From positions 186,001 through 250,000 of the forward strand of contig NW_013547015.1 in NCBI RefSeq assembly GCF_000711695.1: DNA of 64,000 bases, written 5' to 3'. Of this stretch, positions 12,734-25,800 are shown one piece after another. The DNA comes from Tilletiaria anomala UBC 951. Its lineage: Eukaryota. The position numbers and the translations under genes are program-made. The notes under the pieces are model-generated. The model saw only the letters and a list, made by a program, of their open reading frames with translations. It did no database searches and had not been told where the DNA came from. The stretch's first letter is position 1, and each line of letters starts with the position of its first letter.

Positions 12734-15700
12734 ATGACCACAGCCGCTGCCGGGTCGTCGGCAGACGCGCGCGGTCGACAAGAACGGCTCCAAGCTGCCA
12801 AGAAAAAGGTGAGGTCTGCAAGTCCAAGGGCGGCGCGCAGCATACATCCCCATAGTCGACTTGGCTGACGCTTGCGTGGCCCTTTCTCTCCCTCTGCATC
12901 TGCCCTGCAATCAGCTCAAGACGTTTAGAGCCAAGCAAGCCCAGATCGCGCGGCGCACATCGTCATCATCCGCATCCGGCTCGATCTCCTCCCTCCACGC
13001 GCTTAAGCCCTCGTCTGGCTCCAGCACAGGTATCCTCGCAACTTCCGACGCGGATGCCCAGCAGTTGACGCGCAGGAGCCTCATCGAAGCAGCTATCAAG
13101 GATGCCGATCGCGTTGCCCTCAGAGCCCAGCACGACGGCCCCAATGACTCCGCAATCTGCTCTCCCCATCCCTCGGCATCAGCATCGCCATCATCGTTTG
13201 CAGTAGCGGCAGTCAACAGCCGGCGGCACTCGTGCGCACTCAGCCGCAGCGCCGGCGGGCCACCACCCGCAGCGGGGTCTAGCAGGCACGGCCGCGGCCA
13301 CTCGCGCACGTCAAGCATCAGCATCTCGCTCAAGCCTGGTGCGCTGGGCGACTTTGTGCCGCGCCCACAGCAGCCGCAGCAACCAGCCGCCTTGACGGCC
13401 AGCATCGCTAGCGCCTCGGGCGTCTCGTCCATTAGTGCCCAAGTTGACGACGAGAGCGGCCCGCCGGTGAGGGAGGCGCGCATCGCCAAGAGGCGGAGCA
13501 TAAGCGTCCTTTCCGCCGCGGCGAGTACAACGACTTTCGTCGCATCCACAGGCGGCGGCCACTTCCGCGGCCACTCGCGCACCGGCTCGCGCACCTTTGC
13601 CGGCGCTCGACCGTCTGGCGTTATCGTGGCGACGGCACCGCCAGGCCGCAGCAGCGTTGAGGCAGTAGCAGCAGCAGCGCCGCTCGGGCTCAAGGGTCAC
13701 GGCGACGTGCAGATCGTCGCCGTCGAACATGGACCCGACATCACCGCCGCGAGCTTCATGCCTGCTAACCGGGACGCATGGGCTGACGAGCTCGATCTCG
13801 AGGGCGATGTGCAAGCTGAAGTAGGGGGCACGGCAGATGCACATGCCGCCGCAAGCGCAAGCGCGGACGCAGGGATAGGGATGCTCACACCGAGCTCGTC
13901 GCTCAACGCGGACCTCGCGGCGCTCGGCAAGCGCGCATCGTCCAGCAGCAACGGCTCGTCGCGCACCTCGCACTCGCCACAGCATCAACAGCAGCTGTCG
14001 TCGAAGAGCCTGACACCCGTCGCATCGCCCTCGCGCGCGCATGCGGCGCTCCTGGAGGAGCCTCAGACGCCCAGTGCGCTCTTCAGGGACTTGAATAGTA
14101 GCAACAGCAGCAGCCAGCAACAACAGCGTCTCCTGGCGATATCGCCATGGGCTTCGCCGTCCACGTCACCGTCCGCTTCGACGCTGCAGTTCGGCAGCAC
14201 CAGCGGTTCATCCACCGTAATTGGAGCAGCATCCAAGCGTCTCAGCCGGCACAACCGTCGTGCAAGCGTCGCGACGAAGCGCGAGAGCATGGAGGTCATG
14301 GGCGGCCTGTTGCACGGACCTGCCGCTGCTGCTGCCGGCGTGACGGGCTACTCAACCGCCGAGCGCCGCCGCTCGGCGGCCCGGCTGTCCGGCATCATGC
14401 CTGCCAGTGCGCTCTTTGGCGACATTCCGCCTGCTGCGGGAACCAGCAGTGCAGGAAAGAGGAGAAGCACCGTGCGCATCTCCGTGCAGCGCGACTGGAA
14501 CTGGCAGAGCGCCATCGCCGTTAATGGCAGCAACAGCAGCAACAGTGACGACATCGAGAGCCGCCTTTCTGCTCTCGACAAGCTCGAGGGAAAATCACCC
14601 AGTGCCAGCCTCAGCCTCAACCACGTCGCCAGCCCGGAAGCGGCAGCGGCGCAAGAAGCCCTCGCACAGTCCAGAGCAGCGCCGAAGCCGTTCCCGCTTA
14701 TCGTCCCAGATACCATCACGCATGCCGGGTCCAACACACAGGTCCCGCTCGTCACACTCCAGGGCAACACGCCGACGCCCGGCCCGAACACTGCAGCCGC
14801 CAACAAGCAGTTCATGCCTGGCTCTGACTCGGCCGCTGCGTCGCACCTGTGTTTTAGCCTGCCGCACACCGCCGGCGGGCTCTGGCCACCGCTCCTCTTC
14901 GATCGCGACGGTGCCGCCCTGGGTAGCAGCGGCGACGGAGATGACATTGGCAAGGACGGCAGCACCGCTGACCAAGCCGAGCAGGCGTACGTTGCATGCG
15001 TGGATCAGCGAGGGAGCCGGAGCAGCGTGCAGCTGCCCGACTTTGATGAACTGCACGGGACCGAGGGCATGAACAAGCGTGCGAGCTTGAGCCTGTTGGA
15101 GATGAACGAGAAGGCTACCAGCAGCGCCGCCCCCGGCGCGGATGGCGCGGTAGCAGCAAGTACCTGGGAAAGCGTCAACGCCGTTCTAACGATGACGTCG
15201 TTCGGCATGCGCGACGCGCTCGACTCACTTGCGTCGCCACGCGCATCGCACCGTCTGCCCTCGCCACTCGCATCGCCACAGGCCCTGCCACTGCCAAAGT
15301 CCCCTCTCGCAGGCAGTGCGAGCAGCATCGGCCTGCCGTCGACGCCGACACCATCCAACGCGGACGACGCTGCCACCGCCACCGCTGAAGGGCTCGGCAC
15401 GCTCGTCGAGGAGGAAGAGGACGAGGAGGATTACGCCGGATCGCCGTCCCAGCTCTCGGCGCTGGCGCTGCATAATGTCACGGCTGACTCACCTGATGGC
15501 ACCCCTTCCCCTGACGCAGACGATCCATCATCGACTCCAGGACCAGCGACATCGCCTCGGCAGTCGGGCGCAAAGGGGATGGAGGAGCAGCAGCAGCCGC
15601 GAGATGAAGAGCGAAAGAGGCGCGAAGAGGAGCTGGCGCAGATCAAGCGCAATCGCCGCGCCAGCGCGCTGACGCCCAAGCCCATGAAGCTTAAGAGCAG

Positions 15701-18700
15701 GCCCGCCAGTCTGTTCCTTGCGCCGAGCATGCGCAACAGCAACAGCACCGGCCTCGCTGCTTCCGACTTCAGCCCCACGGCTGGCGCTGGTGTGTTCTCG
15801 TCTGCCACTGCCGCTACAGGCGCTGCCACTGCGGAAAGCGCGGTTGCCCAAGCAAAAGCCAACCCACTACAGCCTCCGGAAGCAGGCACGGTGCACATGG
15901 AGGAGGAGGACTCTGTCGGCGAGCTCAGGCTTGGATGGTCTATGGCCAAGGCGCAGCGAGCAAGCGCCAGTAAAGTGGCGTCACTTGCGGGCGATCATCA
16001 GCTCACTTCTCCGCCCAGCTCGTCCATCGGCTTGGATGCACGCAAGCGTACGTGGCGCATGTCAATGCCAGCTGTTGCAGGCTCTCTGTCTGGCTCTAGC
16101 GCTGGCGCAACCGGTGCACCACAGCAGCGTATCGGAATGCGCAGGCTCCAGCTTGGTTCGCTCAATACCGCATTGCCATCGACAGTCGAGACGAGCCACA
16201 GTTTCGCCAGTGACCTCAGCAGCAGCAGCAGCAGCGGCAGCAGTGGTGGTATTGGCGGGATAAGCATACCCTTCAGCAGTGGCAGCGGCAGCAGCAACGC
16301 GGGGCCTGTCAAGCGTCGCAGCAGCATCATCTACAAGAGCAGTGAGGCTAAACAGAGTACTCCACTTATCGGGTCCTCTGCGTCCAGTGGCGGCTTCAAC
16401 CTTATGCGCAGCTCATCCAGCGATTCCATCAGCTCGACCATCTCATCTAGTGGTATTGTCGGAGCCTCTGCAGCAGCAGCTGCAGGCGGCATCTCGGCCG
16501 CAGCATGGGATGAGCTCAAGACGAGGGCACAGCGCGATGCTGCGCTGCTCGACAGCATGCGCAGGCAACTCGAGGCCGCACAGAAGGAGCTGGCGGGGGA
16601 GAAGCTGCGTGCCGAGCGCGAGTACACGGATCTCGAGCGGTTGATGCAAAACGAGAAGCTCAGCTTGGCAGCCAAGATCCAAGAGGCTGAACGGAACGCT
16701 TCGGCTCGTACAACAGAGGCGGAGACCGCACAGGCCGAACTGCAGAAGGTCCGCGAAGCCCTCGAGGAGACCGAAGCTGAGCGCGATACCTACCAAGAAG
16801 ATGTCGATGGCTGGCGTACCCGCTGTGCTGACCTCGAGAAGAAGCTTGCAAGTGAGCGTAGTCGCGCTGAAGCCGAGACGCGAGCGCGACGGGGCGTGGC
16901 AGCCAAGGTCAAGCGTCTAATTGCACAGCTCGAAGCTACGGGTGCACAAGTTTCCCCCGAAGATCAGCTGCAACCGGAAGATGTCGCTCCGTCTGTGCTG
17001 GATCGTGTCACACCTGGCCACGTCTCGCGCTACAGTCCCTCTTCACCCATGGCGCCTGGCGCCAGTGGTTACTTCAGCCAGTCTTCCGCCATGCCGCCAC
17101 CAGAACAGACAGTCAAGCTACTTGCAGACATGCGCCAGCAGATTTTCAACCTCGCTGGCACGCTTGAACATGAGCGCAGGGAGCGCGCAAAGGCTGCCGA
17201 TGAATTGGAGTCGCTTCGCGCCCAGAGCAATCAAGAGCAGGGCCCTGAGCCCGCAGAACTGCCTCAACCAGCACCTGAGAGCTTCCACCGGGGTGACTCT
17301 AGCAGCCTTCCAGAGAACACTGTTCTGGAGTGTGAGCAACCTGCGATCACATCGCAAATGCCCATCACAACCGTCTCGCCTGGCCGTAGCAGCCGCAACA
17401 AGCGACATGTCTTTGCCTACGACTCTTCTACTGGCAGCCAGGAACACAGCTCCGCTTCGGCCGGTTCGCAGAGCTTGAGTAATACGACCGTCTCGGAAAC
17501 CCCATTCGACGAGGAATCCTTCGCCAAAGCACAGGCAGCCCTGGCAGCGTCCGAAGAGGATGACTCGGAGGGTGATTTCAGTCTCGCAACCGGCCGTGGC
17601 ACTCTGCAGACGCTGGACGAGGTGGAGGAGGAGGAAGCACCTAGCGACGGTGTGGCGAACGAGTCACTGTGCTCAGACGATGCCACGCCTGTGCGGCCCT
17701 CGATCGACGTCGAAGGAGGGGCCGTTAATGGTGACTTACACTTCGACGAAGATACCGCATGGGATGCTTCTAGCGAAGTCAAAGATGATCGCCTGCAGGG
17801 CCCGCCTTCTGTGAACAAGGTGCCCCTTGTGGCGCTCGAGGGCCACTTGCTCGATATGTCTAGTCCCAGGAGCAGCGATGGCAGAAGATCGACGATGTCC
17901 GTGACGATGCCTAGCTTGCAGCATACTTCCAGCCACCGGGACAGCGACGATAGCTCGTTTGACAGCCAAGGACCCGCATCTCCGCCAAATGGGCAGTCTG
18001 GTGACATGGACGACAGTGACTATGAAGATGTCCCAGAGCCATTTGAGGAGATGGAGGAGCGACCCGAGTTCATTCCGGAGTGGTCCTTCCACAAGGCGAG
18101 CAAGCACGCGCTGCGCCGTATGGCTGTCAATTCAACCAAGCGTAGCGTCAAGCACTCCAAGATTCCTAGTGTGGAAGACTTCTTTGGTATCATGAACGAG
18201 ACAACTCTTCCGCCCTTGCCTTCATCATCAGACGCCCTCGATATGCCGCCCATCCACATCGACGCTGTCCCTTTCATGCATAGATACATTGGCTACGGAA
18301 CTCGCTCAAGTGTACGATCCGCCTCCGTCAAGGGGGTGTCAGGCATCCCTGCGCCACGCTACAGCCCATACGATAGCTTCGAAGCGACAACGCGAGCCTC
18401 CATGTCCGAATCCTCAGATGGTGGCCGCCAATCAGTAGACTCCACCTCATCGTACCTCTCTCGCGCCACTGGCATCTTGTCGGGTGCAAGCGTTGGCCGC
18501 GTCTCGCAGGGTGTAACCAATGCTTTTAGCGGACTCGGTGGCTACCTCACGAAACAGGACGCTTTCTCAGTCGCGCAGGCGGGCAACTCGGCCAGCCAAC
18601 CTCATCCAATGCAATCTGTCACTGAAGAGCGGGAACCTGCTATGTACTCGACGAAGCGCAGACAAGACACGGGCAGCTCCATCGCATCGTCAGCATCATC

Positions 18701-18827
18701 CACGCGCCCAGCAAGACAGTTTGTCCCTCGCTATGGCGGCCCACCTCTGATTGCAACACCCTCATGGGAATTAGACTTTACACACGCCACGGGTGGCGCA
18801 GGCAGCCACCCCGTAATTGTTTTGTGA
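12734..18827 (+). CDS. ~2000-aa low-complexity/coiled-coil protein, GM130/Bug1-like golgin candidate
   Basis: Exon 1 (12734-12808, MTT...RQERLQAAKKK), a GT-AG intron (12809-12914), then a single ~5.9-kb exon starting LKTFRAKQ. A coiled coil lies at ~16500-17230 and the C-terminus is WELDF...HPVIVL. Confidence 0.75.
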
Positions 18828-19039
18828 CAAGCTACGCAACTACTGTATTGTAATACTCATACGAAAGATTACGAATCTCTGATAAGAAGCACTTCGCTCA
18901 GTGATGGAATCATATAATTGCAGCCATTGGACGGAAGACTGCATAGTTCGACATGCGCACACGATTGAAGACACATCGAATCAAGGTGGAACATCAGCCA
19001 TCCTGTCTATACATCGCATTCGATGCCGGCGTCGAGGTT

Positions 19040-22000
19040 CTACACCTGCCGGTCCGACAGGCGGCCACGTAGCGCAGCTGAAACATCTCGGAACTCTTTG
19101 AGCATTCTCGACCTCACAGTCTGCCACTGCTGCTCCCCACCCAAGGCTGCGGACAGCCACGATGGCGTGTGCAATGTGCTTTCACTTCCGAAACGTGAAG
19201 TCTTTGCGTCTTCCAGTTGCTCCGCAAGTGGCGACTTGCCGCTCGCACCCGATAGGACAGAAGCCTGCGGAGCAAGGTTATCAGCGGTCCGAGCTTGCTG
19301 ATTGATAAACTCGATGCCAGGGAGCTCACCCTGAAAGCAAATTCTGCCGTGTGCAGAAGTTCTAAAGGTGTGGTCGACTGGTCCAAGAGTCTGTCCCAAT
19401 CTGAGGTACCATCGGTCGGGCGTCTCGCGAATCGAGCTTCTGCAGATGTCAGCTGGTCGGAATTGTGAAGCAGAGCGTGCGTCAGACTTTACTGCGGGAG
19501 CCTGGAACGCATGCTTGAGTGACGTACGTTTGTAGTAGTCTCTCCTGTAAGCCCGGACGGACTCTGCACGGCGGAAGCGATAGACCAGACAAAGTTAGCC
19601 TGATGGTGCATGAATCGGCAGCGTCAGTCTTGCGGTCGATTCAGCGCATACACATCTCAGTCGACTCACGTTACAGCGCGGGCCTGAACCAAGAAGCTCC
19701 CATATCGAGGGCGCATCGGCGGGCATGTAAGATGGGAAAACGTTGAAATCTCGCTGGTCGTGTAAGACGGGCGATATGGTGCTGGGACCCTGACCTTGCG
19801 CCAGGATGGTCGCGGCGAGTCTTTTCGCGCCGTCAATGTCCTTGTTCGAAAGCTCACAGAGCATCAGCTCGGTGTTGAAGAGCTGACGCATCAAAGAGCC
19901 GTCGAGACACTCGTAAAATTCCAAGAGCTCCTCCGCTCGTGAGTAATTGTGGAAATGGAACGCCCTGAAGATCATTTGAGGTGTCTGAAACGAATCGCAA
20001 CGTCAGTTGGTCCAAGTTCGGGCAAAGACGAGCAATGCTATTCCCTTCAACACGCACATCTTCTTTGTTCTCGTTGTAGATCCCCATGAACTTGTTGATC
20101 GTTGCTTGAAGGTCAGAGCCATTTGGAGATATGACAGAAGCGAAAGCCGAGCAGCGCTCAAAGAGCCAGTGGGTTAAGCTGTCTTGCTGCACGGATTTGA
20201 CGCCAAGTTGGAGGAAATGTTCGAGTGCGAGAGGCCAAGCCCCAAGCAGGACGCAGATTCGAATAAGGAGGAGACGAAGGACGTAGCCCTTCGGCGAGTG
20301 TTGGAGTGCCTGCGTCAGCAGCTCGGCGGCGTCGTAAAGGTGTCGAAGGTGAGCGCTTGGGGGGAGTGCATCTCCTTCCGTTGCAGAGAGCGACAGCGAA
20401 AGTGACCACGCAGACACGAGAGCCTCCCCTGCAAGAAAAGCAAGGTCGTCTGCAGGATGCATCTCTGTCTTCGGGAGATCTCTTCCAAGAGGCAAAGCTC
20501 GCAGGTAATCTTCAAAATACTCCCGAGCTGAAGCTGTTTCCACTTCTAACATCTGGCGGCATTCCTCTGGCGTGGCGTCGGCCGTAGGATACGTGCGCAA
20601 GAGTCGCCGCAACTTCTGCGCGTTGATGTATCTCGTGAGTTCCTTTTCATCATCGAAAGGCAGGTCGGATCTCGACGTCGCCGCACGGACCCATCCGCCG
20701 CTTGACGTTAATGCGGTTCTCTCGTCTTGTGACAGGGTCAACACAGCAGGTCGGAGATCCTCGTATGCACATCGTTTACTGCTGAAGAGGTCAAAATAAT
20801 CGTGTACTAAAATAGGCAAGCGATGTTTTGCAGCATCTTTGAGCACGGCAGCTGAAGATTCTGCTTGCCGAGCTTGCCGATCGATCTCTAAGCGCGCGAG
20901 AAAGAGCGCTCGCTCCTTCATCGCAGCTGCTTTTTTCTTGTTTTGCGCTTGCCGCTTTTTCTTGTTCTTGCTTCCCGCCGTACTTGATGCCGAAGGCGCA
21001 GGGGAAGCATCCTCCTTGTCTTCTTGCCGCACAACGGACGATGATGAACCAGTCGTTGGCAATTGTGTTGACACGGCCGCAATGTATGTAGGCAGAATCT
21101 CCTCCAGGAAGAGTCGCGTCTCTTCGACTGGATGAAAGCCATCTTCTATTTCACGTTCCCCGTTACCGGATTCCTGCTTGAAAGCCGCATCGACCAGGCG
21201 TACCAATGTCGCCCAATCACGATCACCGTGCTGTTTCACCTGGAGCATTGCTTCTTCTTTAATATCTTTCCACAATTGGAGCCGTCTCATAACTTCCTGC
21301 CGGATTTCTTTGATGTCCGGATTGCCAACTAGGCCTTGTACCGGTGTGCGAGTGTCATATGAGGGGGCCACGTCCTTCGGGTCGCGAAGGGGGTTCAGGC
21401 CGCAATGTATTCGACCAGCATCGGACTGCAAGGTTGCGAACGCTTCACGCCACTTTCCCTGCTTCGTGAGAGTCGAAAGAAGTATGTGGAACTGCTCGAC
21501 TTCAGAAGTGGAGCCGTCGAAGTAGCTGAACAAGGCCATGTCAGGCTCTACCGGGCTCGTGGATGACAGGGAGGCGAAAAATGCTTCAACTGAGGTGTGC
21601 TTGAGGATCATTCGTTCTGCTAGTTCGAGTGACACCGCCGCACTCGGAGACGATGTGTCGCGATGCTGAGTATTTCACGCAATTATTCAGACACTTTCAA
21701 AAATTATCGTCTCCATCGCCTTGCGCTTACCATCAAGTGATAGCATACGACGCTCCACCAAAAGTAATGACCTGCTGGATCCCCCTTCACTGTCTTGGCC
21801 ATTTCCGGAGGCCAGCTTCTCTTGCCCTTTGGCACTCCTGCAGCGCTAGAGAAGGTCTTGTACATCCTGATTGCAAGCTGCTGAGCGCGCTGATACTCTC
21901 GTGTGACAATAAGGGTTTCGAACGTTTTCTGACAAAGCTGCTCATCCTGCGGCTGCAGCTTGGCCGCTGTGTCGAGCAAGTCTGCGGAGACTGTCCTGTG

Positions 22001-22390
22001 ACCATAACGATCGAGCACAGCAGTGAGAGGTAGTAGGACATCGTGGTCTGCTGTTCCCAGCCCAGCTGATGCTTGACTCAAAGCCGAGCTGATCGCTTCG
22101 TCGTCTCTCCGAAGTCTCATGAGAGCCAGCGCCTTAAGGGCCGCCGCCAGAGGGTTCTTCTTTGCGTCGGATTTGGCCGCTATATCGCTGTTCGATGTCG
22201 GCAAATGGTCGCCCAAAATTCTCTGGCATTCTCTCAGCGCACCTGTTGGACGTCCAGCGTCCAAGTTGGCGTAGATGGCCTGGCACTGTCGTTGCTGGAC
22301 ATTCAGCAGATGCGAAGGAGTACTGGCCGGAGCGGCAAGCTCAATGCGAGACTTGCCGCCCCCCCTCCCGTTGCTGGAGCTTGATTCCAT
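19040..22390 (-). CDS. MDM20: NatB N-acetyltransferase auxiliary subunit Mdm20/NAA25
   Basis: N-terminal TPR-like region (QAIYANLDAG..ALREC; LKALALMRL; YQRAQQLAIRMYK; YFWWSVVCY) plus YFDLFSSKRCAYEDL, PADDL and LGVKSVQQDSLTH. Multi-exon, built from ORFs 21704-22495, 19854-21635, 19595-19975 and 19040-19399. Confidence 0.88.
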
Positions 22391-22810
22391 CTGACCGCCG
22401 CGCTCCGATCCCTTTCTCCGCGCCTGATTCCATGGCCACCGGGCACCAAGCAATGTGGCTTCCTGGAAGAACAGATTCCCTTTCACATATTGCATACCAT
22501 GATCGTAACGGGGTATGTCTCGTTGAGCTGTGCAGTGCGGAAGTGTGCTATCGGTAGACCTTGAAATGGGTTCCGAGTCCCGTGGGTTGAATAACAGTCA
22601 CGTGGTCGTCAAACGCGTGCTTCATTGGAAAGCAACACGGCCATGCACAAGAAGGCACCCTGCTGGTCCCTTGACCTATTGACCTCATCCCCATCTCCCT
22701 ATATTCTCCTTCTGCTCCCCGACTAAAACTAGTGGCCAGCTTCTGAATTGACATACATGGCATTCCTCGTATATGATGCTCTATGTGCTTAGCTAGCTCG
22801 CTGTCAACGA

Positions 22811-22822
22811 CGCGAAACGCGT
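22811..22822. promoter_or_regulatory. Overlapping SCB (CGCGAAA) and MCB (ACGCGT) cell-cycle box candidates
   Basis: cgcgaaacgcgt about 60 nt upstream of the ATG at 22882, with a second ACGCGT at 22613-22618. Confidence 0.4.
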
Positions 22823-22881
22823 AATATCGCCACCGTTACCCGAGTCATCGATGCGGGCCGAAGCAAGAGCAACTTGCAAAC

Positions 22882-25800
22882 ATGGCTGACCGGCTGACCG
22901 CCCTTGCCGGCTTCCACGACTCGTCCTATTCAGTCGCATCAAACACTACAGCAGGAGATGCTTTGGGAGGTATACATGACGGAAATGTGACACAGGCCGA
23001 CGCGTCCGCCGGAGGACGGCCGATGCCTGCCTTACCGCCAGGAATGGAGACAGAGGCGAGTGTTAGCTTGATGCCTCCTCCGGCTGTCCCTCAGCGCAAT
23101 GGCACCAGTGGCACTGCTGGCGGCGCGACAAATACCTTTAATCCAGCCACATCTTCCGCAAGCAAGGCCGCCCGCGCGAAAACCCCACCACCAGCTCCCA
23201 CGAGTAAGCAGCAACAGCCGCCAGACACTGCGCAGAAGCCAGACACGCGTCGAAGGTATGGCATCACGATCGGCGGGCTCGCTGGAGATCCAGGCGCTGC
23301 AGGAGGTCTCTCTCTCGGTGAGGATGAAGATGAAGACGCAAGCGAGATGGCGGGAGGGGTCGAAATCGTTGGTGGTGCAGGTGAGCTGCAGAAAATGCTG
23401 GTGCGCAACACTGGGGTTGGTGTAGGGAGCAAGTCCGGCACACCTGCCCTTGGTGATGTGACCAGCGCCAGTGCCAGTGGTGTTGGTGTAGCTGGTGCAG
23501 AGGACTCTGGTCAATGGGGCTCGCGTGCGATGAATCGACGGGTCGCGCAAGGGACAAACCTGAAGCAATTGCAGGCTCGAATCGACTCCCTCACCACTGA
23601 GCGCGATGACCTTAAAATCGAAGTCGACTTCCATCGACGAAAGGGGAGCATAGGAGACATCGCCAGCGAGGTCATTTCGTTAAGGCAGGAGAAATTAACG
23701 TACGTTAAGAAGGTCATCAACCTCAATGACATCGTCAAGAAACAAGACAAAGTGATGACGCAACTGCGAAAGGCGAACAAGTTCTGGGAAGGAAAGAAAG
23801 TGGAGGATTGGAAGAACATGGAGGACGAGCTCCACGCACTTAGGAAACAAGCAGAGTTGCAAGCCCGGGAAAATGACAAATTGCAAGAAGAAGTCCAATT
23901 CTTCAAGAATCTGCGCGAGGATCGGAGCCGCGAGGATCGCAGTCGGTCCAGTGTTCGTGTCGGCGGTAAGGCTACCATACAGGAACTCGAGCAAGAAGTA
24001 GAAGCCTTGAAGGAGGACCAAAAGGTGGAACTGTACAAGCTGGAGACCGCGCTTGCCGACATGGAGCAGCAGCGCGATGACCTTGCAGACCAGCTCGAAG
24101 AATTGCGCCTTAGCAAGCGTGGCGCGGCCGGCGGTCGACGCAGCCTCAAAAGCGCCGAGGATAGCGACGCAGATGAGTCAAACGCCACACTCGGCACAGC
24201 TGCCGCGGAGCGCTCAGCGATCATCAGGCGAAAAGAAGAGACAATTAAGGATCTTGAAGAGCGTGAGGCGGAACTCAAGATGCAGCTGGAGGCTCTGCGC
24301 ACAGACTTGGACAGCACACAGCGCCGCGAAGATCAGTTGCGCATGAAAAATGTAGACCTTAAGGCGACGGAAGAAGCGCTGGAGCGTGAGATCAAGTTCC
24401 TCAAGGACAAGATCCAGCTGTCCGAGCGCAGATTGGAGGAAGAGGGTGAAGATGCAAGCCGTGAGATGATGGCGATGCAGAATATCCTCGAGGAGCGCAT
24501 GGCAAACGAAGTGCAGCATTGGAAGGACGAGCTGACAAGCTGGAAGCTCAAGCACGAGAGGCAGGAGCAACGCGTCGAACAGCTCGAGGTCGACCGAGAA
24601 GAGTGGGAAGCCAAGTACACAAATCTGGATTATGAGCTCACCAAAGTCGAACAGGAGTACCAAGCAGTTGTCAAGGTGAGTGATGGTTGCATCACTCGTT
24701 CCTTTGCCGCGCGATCGCATCAGAGAGCTTATACTGTTGTTCATCCAAATTAGCGTCTGGACGAGGTGGAAAAAGAAGCTGATGATCTCGAGCAAGATGT
24801 TGAAGAGCAAAAGCAGACCATCGAGCAGCTTGAAGACGACCTGGACTTACACGCTGGAGACTTAGAATACGCGAATGGCGAGGTTGCTAGGGTGAGGCAT
24901 GGCTGGACATTCGTTAAGGCAGGCATTCGCTCAAAGCTAACGGCGTTGTTCCTCAACCAGTTATCTGATCTTCTAGGTCACGTTGAACAAGAGCGGGATA
25001 CCAAGGCTGATGAGATTGATCAGCTCAATGCTGAACTGGACGAGGCGGAGATGAAAGCAGAGCAAGCGGAGCGCAGAGATCAGGCCTTGAAAGACGTGAG
25101 TGCCAATTCTCACTGCGCTTTGGTCTGTGGTCGACTGAATCAGCCATTGCTTGTTATCACAGCGCCTGAACGACGCGCAACTTCTCCTTGATGAACGCGA
25201 GGCTAAGCTTGAGGAGCTATCTGAAGCATATGAAGTTGTGCTTGCTAACAAGGAGCAACTTGCCAACGACTACCACGAAATGAAAGAGGAGCTTGGCAGC
25301 CTGAAGGCCAAGCTCACGCACTCGCAAGATGAGCTTGAGCAAACCCTTGAGGACCTCCGAGCGGAGGAGCGCTTGAACCAGCAGCAAGCGGATGACTACG
25401 CAATGCAGCTCAAGCAGAGAGAGGAGGAGTATCAGTCCAATCTTAAGAGCAAGGACATGGATGTTGCAGCATTGGAGAATCATGCCGACAATCTCAAAGA
25501 AGACGTCACGAATCTGAAGGAAGACTTGCACAAACTGCAATCCGCTTTGCGAGACCAAGCCGACCAGAGTCAGCGTCTGGGCCAGAGCCACGTCAACGAC
25601 AGATATGCTCTGGAGCTGGAGATCGACCGACTAAAGCGAGAAGTCGCAGCACTAGAGAGAGAGCTCGAATCAGCAAGCAGGGCGGCTGAGAGGAAGGAAG
25701 ACTTGCTTAAGGAGAAAGATGCTGCAGGAATCAAAGCTGTGAGTAGGACGACCAGCACTGCCTCTCTTAAACAAAGAAGATTGGCTTACCTTGCTTTGCT

